Shown: piece by piece, positions 22,188 to 32,572 of the stretch | Layout of the letters: the number at the start of each line of letters is the position of its first letter | Position numbering within the stretch: the stretch's first letter is position 1 | Origin: Naegleria gruberi | Taxonomy: Eukaryota | Assembly (NCBI GenBank): GCA_000004985.1 | Contig: GG738918.1 | DNA length: 64,000 bases | Strand: one strand, 5' to 3' | Translations under genes and position numbers: made by a program | The notes under the pieces: model-generated | What the model was told of the DNA's origin: nothing | The model's database searches: none | What the model saw: only the letters and a program-made list of their open reading frames with translations

Positions 22188-23168
22188 TTTTTTTCACAAG
22201 TTTGAACTCTACAGACCATGACAGGAGATCTTCACTTCAACAGTCAAAGAGAGAATTTCTTGTTTTGATTAATGTAGTTGTAATTTTTGAATTATCATAA
22301 TAAAATTACTGATTGTCACATGCTCAATTTACTCCTTGACTCAAACTATTCTTTGATTATTCGAATTTTGAATGTTTCGAACTCATCCATAAATTGTTCC
22401 CAATCATTTTACAATCCTTATTTTAAATCCAATCCCTCAAATTCAGTTGAAATGATGCGTGATAATAGATCATCATACGGATTTAACACTCTCACAACAA
22501 TAACAACATGAAAAAATCAACAAGTTAGGCTACTAATAATAATAATACACTATCAAAAGGTGCCACTTCAACCATTAATAATATATGTCCTTCAAAATCA
22601 AGTACCACAACAACAACCACTGCTCCATCTCCCACTCCTTTATGAATAAGAGAAAAATCTAAAACTTCTTCATCAAATCTTCATACAAAACAATATTCAA
22701 AACAATCCATTCAAAAAAATAATCTTAATAAGTTATCAAGGCTTCCGTTGGATTGTATTTTTTATATGTTAGAATTTGTTGGTCAATATTCAAATACAAC
22801 CAAAGGCTAATAAGAATAATAAGGAAATGTTAAATGATTCAAAGATTTATTGGAATTTATTAAAGATTGGTTCGGAAGATTTTCATAAACCAAAAAAATT
22901 TCCAATTTAATAGAGTGGATCAAATATATCTTGAAACATTGAATTATATAGTTACCGTTGATTTTAAAATTTGGAAATGGAAATATTCAATGCATAGGAA
23001 GATTTTCACGTGGCTAGATTTCTGTTAAAATCTTCATACCACTACCCTAACAAAACAAGAAATTCTCTCTTTGACTCTTGAAGTGAAGAAGATTGTCAAT
23101 CTCCTAGCATGGTCTATTAAGTTCAAACTCATGGTGTTGTGTTGGTTCAAACTTGGTGTGAAAAAAAA

Positions 23169-24197
23169 ATGACAAGAAAGCAAGCGAAGGGAAATTTTCA
23201 CAAATTAAATGATGAGCTGACAATTATTCTTGAATTTATTCCTCCGAGTAGTTATTCATCATTTTCACATATCAATAGGCAATGTTATTCAATTTTTGAG
23301 ACGGAAAAGCCAAAATTTTGGAATCAGAAATGGATTGAATATGAAGAAAAAGTTGAAATCAAACGAAACCTCGAGGAGCAAAACATGCACAGAATTGTCA
23401 ACACTATGAGACATGCTGCTGAGTGCAACCTTTTTTACATGGTTTTGCCTTTATTAATAGTTACGATTCTGGGGATGTCGTTATTGGCAGGAGGTCTTGC
23501 CTTGTCTTTTAGTTCTATGAGTCATGCAGAGAGTTGGTTTAAGGATTGTGAGAGAAATGTTTCATCTATTCAAGTTTTGAACAGTACTATTGGAAGGGTT
23601 TCGTATCCAGAATGTGTGGAATGCAACACTAACTGGAATTCAAGTTGTAATAATTTTAATATTCTTCCATGTTGTCAACCGAATAATAGCTCAACAAGTA
23701 TTGGATGTATGTTTGATAGTATTCCAACAAGAGTGAAATATTTCTTTAATTTTACAGTTAAAGATTACAAAGAAATGCATTATTCTTCAGTTTTTTCATA
23801 TGAATGCAATGTCACTGAATGCATTAAGGAAAATTATCAAGATGGAACTCTCAAATGTAAAATAACCTCATATAATACTAAGCGTGGATCATTTTATCAA
23901 CTATATGTATACAAGCCAGAAATTGATTATCCACTGTTTATAAGATTATTACCCAGTGGTTTAGTTTTATTGTTCCTTTTCTTGATTGATTTAGTGTTTA
24001 TTAGTTTGCTTTTCACTTTATTTATCGGGTTTACTTGTAAGAGAGACATGTTTGGATGGATTGTAAGAAACAAATTGATGAAATTGAAAAAAATAGGAAA
24101 TACCTATAGGGTGAGGCCAAGTTGTTGTTGTTTCTGTATTTCATTCCTGTTTTTGAAATCTACTGATACCTATGATTTAGAAGTGTCTCAACTTTAG
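23169..24197 (+). CDS. Paralog 2 of the F-box-like/TM/Cys-rich protein (inverted duplicate of 21165..22187)
   Basis: About 80% identical protein (MTRKQAKGNFHKLNDELTIILEFIPPSSY...). The ATG at 23169 is preceded by an A9 run. Confidence 0.6.
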   Translation: MTRKQAKGNFHKLNDELTIILEFIPPSSYSSFSHINRQCYSIFETEKPKFWNQKWIEYEEKVEIKRNLEEQNMHRIVNTMRHAAECNLFYMVLPLLIVTILGMSLLAGGLALSFSSMSHAESWFKDCERNVSSIQVLNSTIGRVSYPECVECNTNWNSSCNNFNILPCCQPNNSSTSIGCMFDSIPTRVKYFFNFTVKDYKEMHYSSVFSYECNVTECIKENYQDGTLKCKITSYNTKRGSFYQLYVYKPEIDYPLFIRLLPSGLVLLFLFLIDLVFISLLFTLFIGFTCKRDMFGWIVRNKLMKLKKIGNTYRVRPSCCCFCISFLFLKSTDTYDLEVSQL

Positions 24198-24338
24198 AGA
24201 AAAGAAAAATTTGGCACCTGCTATTCTTATGTGATCAACTCTTCTACAATTTGGTCCATATGATCAGAGAGAGTGCATGATTATTGTAGTTACAACATAA
24301 GATTCTGAACTTAATAAAAAAGAAAGAGATAAATTATT

Positions 24339-25400
24339 TTAATGTATTAGTGCTTCATCTTCAAAATCAATCAATTGAATACAAATGGTTGGTTCAAGAT
24401 CTGAAAGTTGTACATTTTTCTTCACTCCATGCAAACCCAATCGTACTGAATGGTAAAAATTGCCTGGAAGTGAAGTTTCCCTTGATTTTGAAGTGGCAAC
24501 GAACACAGAATTTTCATTTGAATTCATTGCCATTTCCTCTCTTTTCAACATTGTTTTAATTTCCTTAACAGTCGATTCAAGCTTGCTCGATTTGTTGAAC
24601 CAAGTGGAAAATAATTGTCTATAGATGGCAGTGCATGGTTTTTGAATCTGATTCTTGACATGGTGGTATTGCATCATTGTAAAGAGGGAAGCTCTAGTTG
24701 GTTGTTGGTAATACGAAATGTCAGTATCAAAGCAGAATTTCTTCTTTTCATTATTCCACTTGAGAGTGATGGTGTAGACTGTATGTTGATATTTACATGG
24801 TGATTTACAATAAGATCTATTCAATTCTGATTCTATAGAGTCAGTGGTAGACCCAGAGCTTGAATTGTGACTAGTTTCGAATAGAAAATCTTCATTGTGT
24901 TGAGGCGATATCGAACCAATCGAATCGTCCACATTCCACAACGTGGTCATTCCACAATTTCTCTGCACAATCTCCTCCTGTATATCCTCAAACGATGAAG
25001 ATCTCGAAGAGGACTTTGAGTTGACCACCGGAGTATTCATTAAGGAACAACTCCTACCAACTCCTTCATTCATATTCAAAATTGCATGATTCATTGTGAA
25101 TTGAAACTGTTCCTCTCCATCCAACCTCATCATGTTTAAATTCTCTTCATGTTGACCATTCGATAATATTTGATTTTGTAAATTTCCCGCCACCACAGAT
25201 GAACCCGAATAGGAAGAGGAAACATTGTAAATTCTATTCATTGTCCCCGAGTGCTGGTAATCGCTTGATTTACGTTTCATTTGAGAGTGAGTTTGAGTTT
25301 GGCGCTTTTCTAGCCGTAGATTTTCAGTCCTTTTTTTCAGGTTGAAAAAAGATAAAAATAGGTGAAAGCGGGAAGATTTTATTGGATTTTGCAGTGTCAA
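24339..25400 (-). CDS. Hypothetical Ser-rich protein
   Basis: 353 aa ORF with no recognisable domain. Codon usage is consistent with its neighbours. Confidence 0.35.
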   Translation of the reverse strand: MTLQNPIKSSRFHLFLSFFNLKKRTENLRLEKRQTQTHSQMKRKSSDYQHSGTMNRIYNVSSSYSGSSVVAGNLQNQILSNGQHEENLNMMRLDGEEQFQFTMNHAILNMNEGVGRSCSLMNTPVVNSKSSSRSSSFEDIQEEIVQRNCGMTTLWNVDDSIGSISPQHNEDFLFETSHNSSSGSTTDSIESELNRSYCKSPCKYQHTVYTITLKWNNEKKKFCFDTDISYYQQPTRASLFTMMQYHHVKNQIQKPCTAIYRQLFSTWFNKSSKLESTVKEIKTMLKREEMAMNSNENSVFVATSKSRETSLPGNFYHSVRLGLHGVKKNVQLSDLEPTICIQLIDFEDEALIH

Positions 25401-25873
25401 CTGTTTGGACTTGTTGGGGATGTGATAACACTTCTTAGAGAACTAATGGTGGCACACGAAGGAACTTGTTAGGAAACTGATTGAAATTATCAAGACGTGC
25501 AATTGTTATTTTCATTTTTATTTTGTCAAGTGTTCTTCTTGTCAATAGTTCATTCAAAAATTCATCATCATCATGAATTTATTAAATTATAATTACCAAT
25601 TCTCGGAGAACATTAAAACTGTAGATAATGAGCAAATAGAGTGAAAATGATTTTTATTAATATCTTTCAAAGAGATGATTCTATTTCACTCTTGAACATG
25701 ATGTGAATTTTAACTTTGAACATGTATCACCATATCTTCATCTTCATCTACCAACTCGTGAATTCATATTAAAAATAGATTTCAAAGATAATTTGCTTCA
25801 AAAATCTTCATCATGATTCGGAAACTATTATTAAACAATAAGAAAAAAACAATTAATAATACACAATAGTAAG

Positions 25874-25945
25874 ATGGAAGCCTCATACACTGTCAAGAGC
25901 ATTGTTGGTACCAGAATTACCTTGCAAATTTTGCAAAAGAAGTAA
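25874..25945 (+). CDS. Conserved micro-ORF copy 1 (23 aa: MEASYTVKSIVGTRITLQILQKK)
   Basis: It shares a 15-aa identical core YTVKSIVGTRITLQI with the micro-ORF at 30412..30486. Differences in the core are synonymous only. Confidence 0.45.
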   Translation: MEASYTVKSIVGTRITLQILQKK

Positions 25946-26435
25946 ATAGACACACAACTATCATTGATGAAATTTCGGCTTGGAAATATGGATATAACTA
26001 AACATTGTGAAAATGTTGGACTATTTCCACAACGCGTTCATCATCATCATAATCACCTACCTCTCCTGCTGCTGCTTTACTACACCAGGTGAGAAGAGAG
26101 AAACCTATTTCTACAACTACACTCAGTTTGCTATTGCTTTTGGAAAATGTTTTTAATAATGAGTGTGGTAATGTTGTTGAGAATCTTCTCTAGAATACAT
26201 TTGCTTGTAAATATAACAAAATAGTGCATCAATACAAACAACATTTATTTGTTGAATTATTAACCAGTTTTTTCTCTTGATAGAAATATCTTGTTGTGAA
26301 TTCACATGTGTGAAGAATCCTTGTTTGAAAAGTATTGGAATATTTTCAATTCTATATTCCAAAATATTCAATAATTGCTGTAAGGTAAATCGTGACCAAA
26401 TGAAAATTAAGTGATGTTAATTTAAATGTTTCATT

Positions 26436-27599
26436 TCACTTATCCTTCACAATTTCATTGTAACCTATATCAAGTGATGTTAACTGTTTCATTTCACTAA
26501 TGAATTTGACTCCTTCATCACCAATTTGATTTCCACCAATATAAAGTGATTTTAATTGTTTCATTTCACTTATGAATTTGGCTCCTTCAATACCAATTTG
26601 ATTGTTATAAATATTAAGTGATATTAATTGTTTCATTTCACTTATCAATTTGGCTCCTTCATCACCAATTTGATTTCCACCAATTTCAAGTGATGTTAAT
26701 TGTTTCATTTCACTTATTGGTATGACTCCTTCAACACCAATTTCATTTCCACTAATATCAAGTGATGTTAATTGTTTCATTTCATTTATAAATTTGGCTC
26801 CTTCATCACCAATTTGATTGTTATAAATACTAAGTGATTTTAATTGTTTCATTTCACTTATGAATCTGGCTCCTTCGGCGCCAATATGATTGTTATTAAT
26901 ACTAAGTAATGTTAAATGTTTCATTTCACTTATAGATTTGGCTCCTTTATCACCAATTCTATTGTTATTAAAATCAAGTGATGTTAATTGTTTCAGTTCA
27001 CTGATTGATTTTACTCCTTCATCACCAATTCCATTTCCACTAATATCAAGTGATGTTAAATGTTTCATTTCATTTATGAATTTGACTCCTACAACACCAA
27101 TTCGATTGTAACCTATATCAAGTGATGTTAATTGTTTCATTTCACTTATAAATTTGGCTCCTTCATCACCTATTCGATTTTCGCTAATATCAAGTGATTT
27201 TAATTGTTTCATTTCAGTTATGAATTTGACTTGTATAGAGTCAAGCAACCTTCTAGAAAATTTAAGATTAACAATACTATTCATAAATTGGCTTTTCATG
27301 CATAATTCAATCCTTGTTTCTGTAAATTTTTGTTTAAATTTAATAACAAGTTTTGAACGTTCCTTGATCACATTAAAGAATTGTTTTGAAATCAAGGAAC
27401 AATTATTCAAAATAAACCACGAATCATCAATCATGGAAATTATTTCAAAACAAACATCATCTGAAAATATTTCTTGTTCAAGCTTGACAACTTTTACTTT
27501 CCCTTCCATGTTAGTATTATTATTATTGATCATGAATAGCTCTTCCGAAATTAGTTGCTTTTCAAAATCTTGTCTTTGTTTACTCATTTTTTTTGGCAA
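26436..27599 (-). CDS. F-box-like + RNI-type LRR protein (paralog of 4102..5199), ~11 24-aa repeats
   Basis: 387 aa. The same N-terminal module (FSDDVCFEIISMIDDSWFILNNCSLISKQFF) and EMKQLTSLDI..N.IG.EG.KFI repeats are present. Confidence 0.7.
   Translation of the reverse strand: MPKKMSKQRQDFEKQLISEELFMINNNNTNMEGKVKVVKLEQEIFSDDVCFEIISMIDDSWFILNNCSLISKQFFNVIKERSKLVIKFKQKFTETRIELCMKSQFMNSIVNLKFSRRLLDSIQVKFITEMKQLKSLDISENRIGDEGAKFISEMKQLTSLDIGYNRIGVVGVKFINEMKHLTSLDISGNGIGDEGVKSISELKQLTSLDFNNNRIGDKGAKSISEMKHLTLLSINNNHIGAEGARFISEMKQLKSLSIYNNQIGDEGAKFINEMKQLTSLDISGNEIGVEGVIPISEMKQLTSLEIGGNQIGDEGAKLISEMKQLISLNIYNNQIGIEGAKFISEMKQLKSLYIGGNQIGDEGVKFISEMKQLTSLDIGYNEIVKDK
26440..27240. repeat. 72-bp coding tandem repeats (LRR units) inside gene 26436..27599
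   Basis: Periodic ...tgtttcatttcacttat... units are visible in the DNA. Confidence 0.7.
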
Positions 27600-27681
27600 G
27601 GAGCATTACAATGAAAAAGAAGGAAGTAAATTGATTTAGAAGAGTTATTGAGAATATAAAGATGAGCTATAATAGTATGTA

Positions 27682-28333
27682 TTATTGACTCGATTTCTGA
27701 ACCAATAATGTTTGAATTTGAAGAGTTGTTTCAGATTTTGGAGGTGGAATTGGAAGTGGCTTTCCAACATTTGAATTTCGTCTTGCTTGTTCTATTCCTT
27801 TCGAATCATTATCTGTCTTATTGGCCTCTGCTGATGGATAATTATTTGGTTTTGTTGCATTGGAGAGCCTTCTTGCTGAAGGTGGATTTACAGATGGAGG
27901 AAGTGTCACGCTAGTTGACTGTTGATTACAAAGCTGTAAAATTCCAAGCTGAATTTGTTTCGTTTTCAATTCATCAATTCTGCTTATTAAAGAAAGGCAA
28001 GCTCCCTTCGGAATGCCAATCTCTAACCAATCTTCAATTTTAATATTGAGAATGGAACCTCCATCAAATCTGTGTTTAATAATTACTTTAAATATATTTA
28101 AATACTATTAATTCTAATTGAACAGATTTACTTACCATCAACAACTGATGATTTATCATAACCCGATTCAATAAGCCATTGTCTAAAATTATCAACTGTC
28201 CAATTCTTGAGGCTAATCGAATCAACTTCCATTACAAGATGAGTTGTCTTTACCTTACTCGAGAATATTTTCAAAGAAGGCACATTGAGAATTGGCATAT
28301 TTTGTTCTGTGATGATTATTATAATACTCTCAT
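27682..28333 (-). CDS. SAM (sterile alpha motif) domain protein with Pro/Ser/Asn-rich C-terminus, 2 exons (28333 or 28298..28136; 28058..27682), intron 28059..28135
   Basis: Exon 1 ends ...GYDKSSVD at gtaagt. Acceptor ...gatggag| restores frame into ORF 27682..27969. The joined sequence SISLKNWTVDNFRQWLIESGYDKSSVDGSILNIKIEDWLEIGIPKGACLSLISRIDELK has the SAM-domain pattern. Confidence 0.5.
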
Positions 28334-28440
28334 GTTGTTGCTGTTCTTTCTACGGAGGTTTGATGTAGGAGATGACTCGAAAATCTCTTTCAATTCATGT
28401 CATTCAGAAAGGCTTGTTATCATCACTTGATTATAAATTT

Positions 28441-28746
28441 TTATTGGATTCTCTCCTCGATGCTTTTTCGAAACTTGTGGAAGCGTTCCCAGGACATTGA
28501 CTCTCTAGAAACCTTTTCATAGAGTCTCTTGTTGCAATAGATTGTTACCTCATCATTGTGTTCATTCTGAACAAATACCAAACAATCTGCACAATGATGT
28601 TCATCCAATTTATAAGGAACAAAAACGTAGCAGTCGACGTGTCTTCTCAAAAGAATGGCCTTCAAAAATCGAATAGTAACTTGCTCCTCTCCCTTCTTTT
28701 GCTCCTCCATTCTTCTTGCTTGTATTGTATCTAGCTTAATGATCAA
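28441..28746 (-). CDS. Small Cys/His-containing hypothetical protein (possible zinc-binding)
   Basis: 101 aa ORF. HHCADC ... IYCNK motifs. No family assigned. Confidence 0.3.
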   Translation of the reverse strand: MIIKLDTIQARRMEEQKKGEEQVTIRFLKAILLRRHVDCYVFVPYKLDEHHCADCLVFVQNEHNDEVTIYCNKRLYEKVSRESMSWERFHKFRKSIEERIQ

Positions 28747-28831
28747 AAAATTCCAAAAGGTTCTTACACAGATTGAGTTGAGTAATTTTTTTGTGCTTTA
28801 TTTGTGGCAAATTTTGGCGGCAAACTTTGTC

Positions 28832-29806
28832 TTAATTTGCTTGTTTGGTTGCCTCAATTACAATGGCAGTGCAAACATCGATCGAATTTCTTCCGTATTC
28901 TTTGGCGCCTAATTCCTTTTCATCGAGTCTTAATTTGTGAAAGACAACTTTGGAGAAACCTGCCAATTTGAGTGCCTTCTCATAACTTTGAGGTGAAAAG
29001 TATCGATTTTGAATCTTTACAATGAAATTCTCATTCTGATCGAATTCATTGAAATTCAAATCGATGGAAATTTCGAATTGATCACCATCGATGAGATAGT
29101 TTCGTTCCTTTGAATCTATCATGAAGTTACTTCTGTAAACTCCGAGTTTTTTCTGATCTTGATTGATTTGTGCTTGATTGAGGAAAGGATTCGAATTAAG
29201 GGTGAGGAAAGTTCCACCAGGTTTTAACATTCCAGAAATTGATTTGCACATTTTGCATAATTCTTCATAATCGGATGAGTAGTGGAGTAAGTGGCAAGCA
29301 GTTACGAAATCAAATACTGGACTTTCTTGTTTAGTTTCGTTCTTATTCGAATGTTTGTAATACAGTTTCTTCAATTGCTCATTTTCATTCAATTTAATAA
29401 CATCACCGACTATGAATTCGAGAGGAATTTTCTTTGAAAGAGAGTTTTCCACTTGCTCTTTCGAATTATTAGCCAACTGAATCATATCATTCGAAAGGTC
29501 CACACCAATCACTGATTTAATATGAGATTCGAATTGATTGTACAAAACCCAAGTATCATTTCCAGATCCACAACCCAAATTCAACACCATCAACTTTTCA
29601 GAGTTTCGGTTAGTTTCGTTTCTCTCCTTCTCCACAGTAAATATTCTTTCCCAATGATGAATCATATTTGGGTTGACAATATAGAGACGATGAGGGTGAT
29701 GTCTGTTCTTATCATACTTGTTGGAAATTGATTGGTAGAGTTGAAGTGCTTGCTCGCTCAGATTCATTTTCCTCAATCTTTGTTTTTTTTGAGATTTGTA
29801 TATCAT
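28832..29806 (-). CDS. Class I SAM-dependent methyltransferase
   Basis: Motif I is VLNLGCGSGNDTW. A downstream acidic post-I motif (GVDLSNDMI) and a Methyltransf_11/12-like core are present. Confidence 0.7.
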   Translation of the reverse strand: MIYKSQKKQRLRKMNLSEQALQLYQSISNKYDKNRHHPHRLYIVNPNMIHHWERIFTVEKERNETNRNSEKLMVLNLGCGSGNDTWVLYNQFESHIKSVIGVDLSNDMIQLANNSKEQVENSLSKKIPLEFIVGDVIKLNENEQLKKLYYKHSNKNETKQESPVFDFVTACHLLHYSSDYEELCKMCKSISGMLKPGGTFLTLNSNPFLNQAQINQDQKKLGVYRSNFMIDSKERNYLIDGDQFEISIDLNFNEFDQNENFIVKIQNRYFSPQSYEKALKLAGFSKVVFHKLRLDEKELGAKEYGRNSIDVCTAIVIEATKQAN

Positions 29807-30411
29807 ATTCGATTGGAAACGAAACTAAACTGAATGTAAATTGAAAGTTGATGATTTCAACGTTTCGAAATGGTTCTTTGCAAATTGTGGCTCATTCTGA
29901 TAAACCAATTCAAGTCCAAAGCAAGTTAGACATTTAAAACATTTAAAAGCAGTTTGATTTCAGATTGCTAGAAACGCGCCATTTTTAAAAAAGAAACCGT
30001 TACACAATTAAAAATCTTCTTCACAAAAAAATTAAGTTAAAAAGCAAATCACTCCTTCGTGAATTGTAGTTAACTGGACCTTCATCAACATACTATACAA
30101 CGATGCATTGGCCAACAATTCCCTAAATTAAACCTTCTCTAAAGAGGCAAATGAGTAAAAACAATAATTTGACCAAATATTCGAAGTCATCACCATTAAC
30201 AACCAATGAACAAGTTGGGAGGCTTCTTTCACGCATCATCATCCAACATTCCATCATGATAGAGAAGAAGAGTTGAGGATTTGTGTGCTATTCTTATTGC
30301 CTCAAGTTGATAAAGACAGAAAACAATCAAAAGATTTCAAGTAAAACAAAAACAAAGAGAAGAACAATAAGAATTTCACCATTTAGTATACAACAGAACA
30401 TAATCAACAAT

Positions 30412-30486
30412 ATGGATACTACATTCTATACAGTCAAGAGCATTGTCGGCACACGTATTACTTTGCAAATTAATTTTAAAAGATAG
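30412..30486 (+). CDS. Conserved micro-ORF copy 2 (24 aa: MDTTFYTVKSIVGTRITLQINFKR)
   Basis: See copy 1. The core is 45 nt with 5 synonymous codon differences and 0 replacements. Confidence 0.45.
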   Translation: MDTTFYTVKSIVGTRITLQINFKR

Positions 30487-30873
30487 GAAGAATTGTTGTT
30501 GATGATGATGAATTTGTTAATACATATATATGAGACTACATCAGACTACACCAATTCCTATTCTCTGATCAGCTTGCTTATATATTATAGGTAGCTACCT
30601 AGACCTTGTTCATGTATTTTGTAATTTAGAATGATTAATATTATTATTGTATAATAATTGTGTATTATAACCTCATCATCATAGTGAGAGTAAAAGAACA
30701 GAAAGAAGAATAATTATCATCAAACTGGAATGATCTCTTCCTACTTGTAGTGTATACAATAAACTCCACTTTATATGGAGTATTAATCCTCTCTAATTTA
30801 TTATCAATTTAGTCAATCCATTCTCCTCAATATAATCTTCTTCTTATAATATTCGAAAATTTAGAATTACAAT

Positions 30874-32572
30874 TTATTTTGATTGAACCAAAGCTTGTAA
30901 ATATCTTCTCTGGTGTTCCCTAATTGAATACTCTGTAATATCCTTAAAGACAGTCAACAAATTATTCTCATCAAAGGCATTCAACACTCTCACTAACATG
31001 GATGGTCCAGCATTCTCATCATTTGGATCGACACAACATTCTCCTGGATTGAGTAGTAATTGTCGAGTCTTTACACTTGAGGAATACTTATCAACAATGA
31101 ATTGAATGCAATCATCAATGTTCTGTCCATTCTTATCAGAAGGAAAGTCATCAAAGTGAGATGCAAATGATTGGTTGACTAGTTTTTGTTCCAAAACGTC
31201 TTTCTTATTGAAAAGTAGGACGAAAGGAAGTTTGGCAAATGAAGGATTATAGAGCAAGTTCATGAAAATATCGAAACTTTCTTTCCATCTTGGAGTTTCT
31301 CCATCTTCAAAACAATTCGTATCAAATTCTGATAAGGAAACAACAAATAGAATGACATCTGCTGAATTAAATTGGTGAATCCACTTTTTTCTTTCATGTC
31401 TGGATCCTCCCATGTCAATCATTGAGACAGTGACAGCATCTTCAACTCTGTACTTTAATTCTTGTACTCCAAGAGTCTTTTCTCTCAAAAGTAAGACATC
31501 TCTCAATGTTGGAACATAATCATCATTGAAAACTCTATCAAAATTGGTAAAAAAACTAATCAAGGTCAATCAGGAATTATTCAGTTACTGAGATTACTTA
31601 CTATTCTGCGTTATCGTAGACTCTAAATTCATTTCTTCTCTTAAATGACTCTTGAATTCCTTCATCATTCCATAACTTGACAAAAAACTCACAAAATTCC
31701 TTTGAAACTTTACAATTTCCACTCACAGTATACAAACTCTCAACTCCATCCATCTCACTAACTTTATCAGCAAAATCAAAAGCTTTTGCTTTCAATTCTT
31801 CTCCACCTCGAATATCAATTGCTAAATCTTCACTTCCCTCAATGACCCATCTCATATTATGGAGAACATTCTCTCTAATAACTTGAACGAAACCTTTCAA
31901 ATCATTCTCATTGTAAAATGTAGAAACGTCAATGTCAATGAGACTAGTTGATCTCTGAGCAGGTCCTTCACATAGATATTTCATTAGTTTAAAGAGAAGA
32001 GATTTTCCAACTTCTCCTGCACCTAAAAGTAAAATGTTCAGCTTGTCAGGTTCAATTTGAGTGTGATTCTTGACTGACATTTGAGAGCTGTAACGACGCC
32101 TTGGAGAAGTATTGACAGAAAGAAGGTTTGGAGGTGGTGGATTATCTTTTAAGAGTATGGCATTAACATTTCCATTAACACTTGATCCATTCAAATTATT
32201 ATTCGAAATGTCTTTTGTCAAATCATTAGACGAAACTCTCAATTTACTATCTCCCACTCCAAGAGTTGGTGATGAATGAAAACCTATCGAAGGATTAAGC
32301 AATGAGCCACCACTTCCAACCGAAACAAGTGGATGATTCGAACCATTCAAATTATTATTGAACGAACCTGACTTTTTTAATTTTGCAGCTAAATTTGCTG
32401 TTTGTTTCGAAAAGGAATTATTATTAGTCGAATTTTGAAGATTATTGAAGGAAGCTTGGTTCATGAATGGAGAGGTAGGTGAGGTTGGTGATTTGGGTGA
32501 GTTGGGTTGTGATTTTGATTTTGAAATGTGTGAGGCATCGTCAGACGAAATTGCCGAAACGCCAATTCCCAT
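30874..32572 (-). CDS. Heterotrimeric G protein alpha subunit, 2 exons (32572..31602; 31555..30874), 46-bp intron 31556..31601; long low-complexity N-terminal insertion
   Basis: MGIGVS N-terminus (myristoylation consensus). P-loop LLLGAGEVGKSLLFKLMK. Across the splice: YDNAEY|FFTNFDRVFNDDYVPTLRDVLLLREKT (switch I), DMGGSRHERKKWIHQF (switch II, DxxGQ-like) and LLFNKKDVLEQK (NKxD). Donor gtaagt, acceptor gattag. Confidence 0.8.

Larger units (their letters stand above)
21140..24215. repeat. Inverted duplication: arms about 21140..22260 and 23040..24215 (gene plus 5' and 3' flanks), about 0.8 kb unique spacer
   Basis: The 5' flank caaaacaagaaattctctctttgactcttgaagtgaag... (23040-) is the reverse complement of 22185-22260. 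The 3' flanks (gaaatctactgatacctatgatttagaagtgtctcaactttagagaaaag) also match in reverse complement. Confidence 0.75.
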
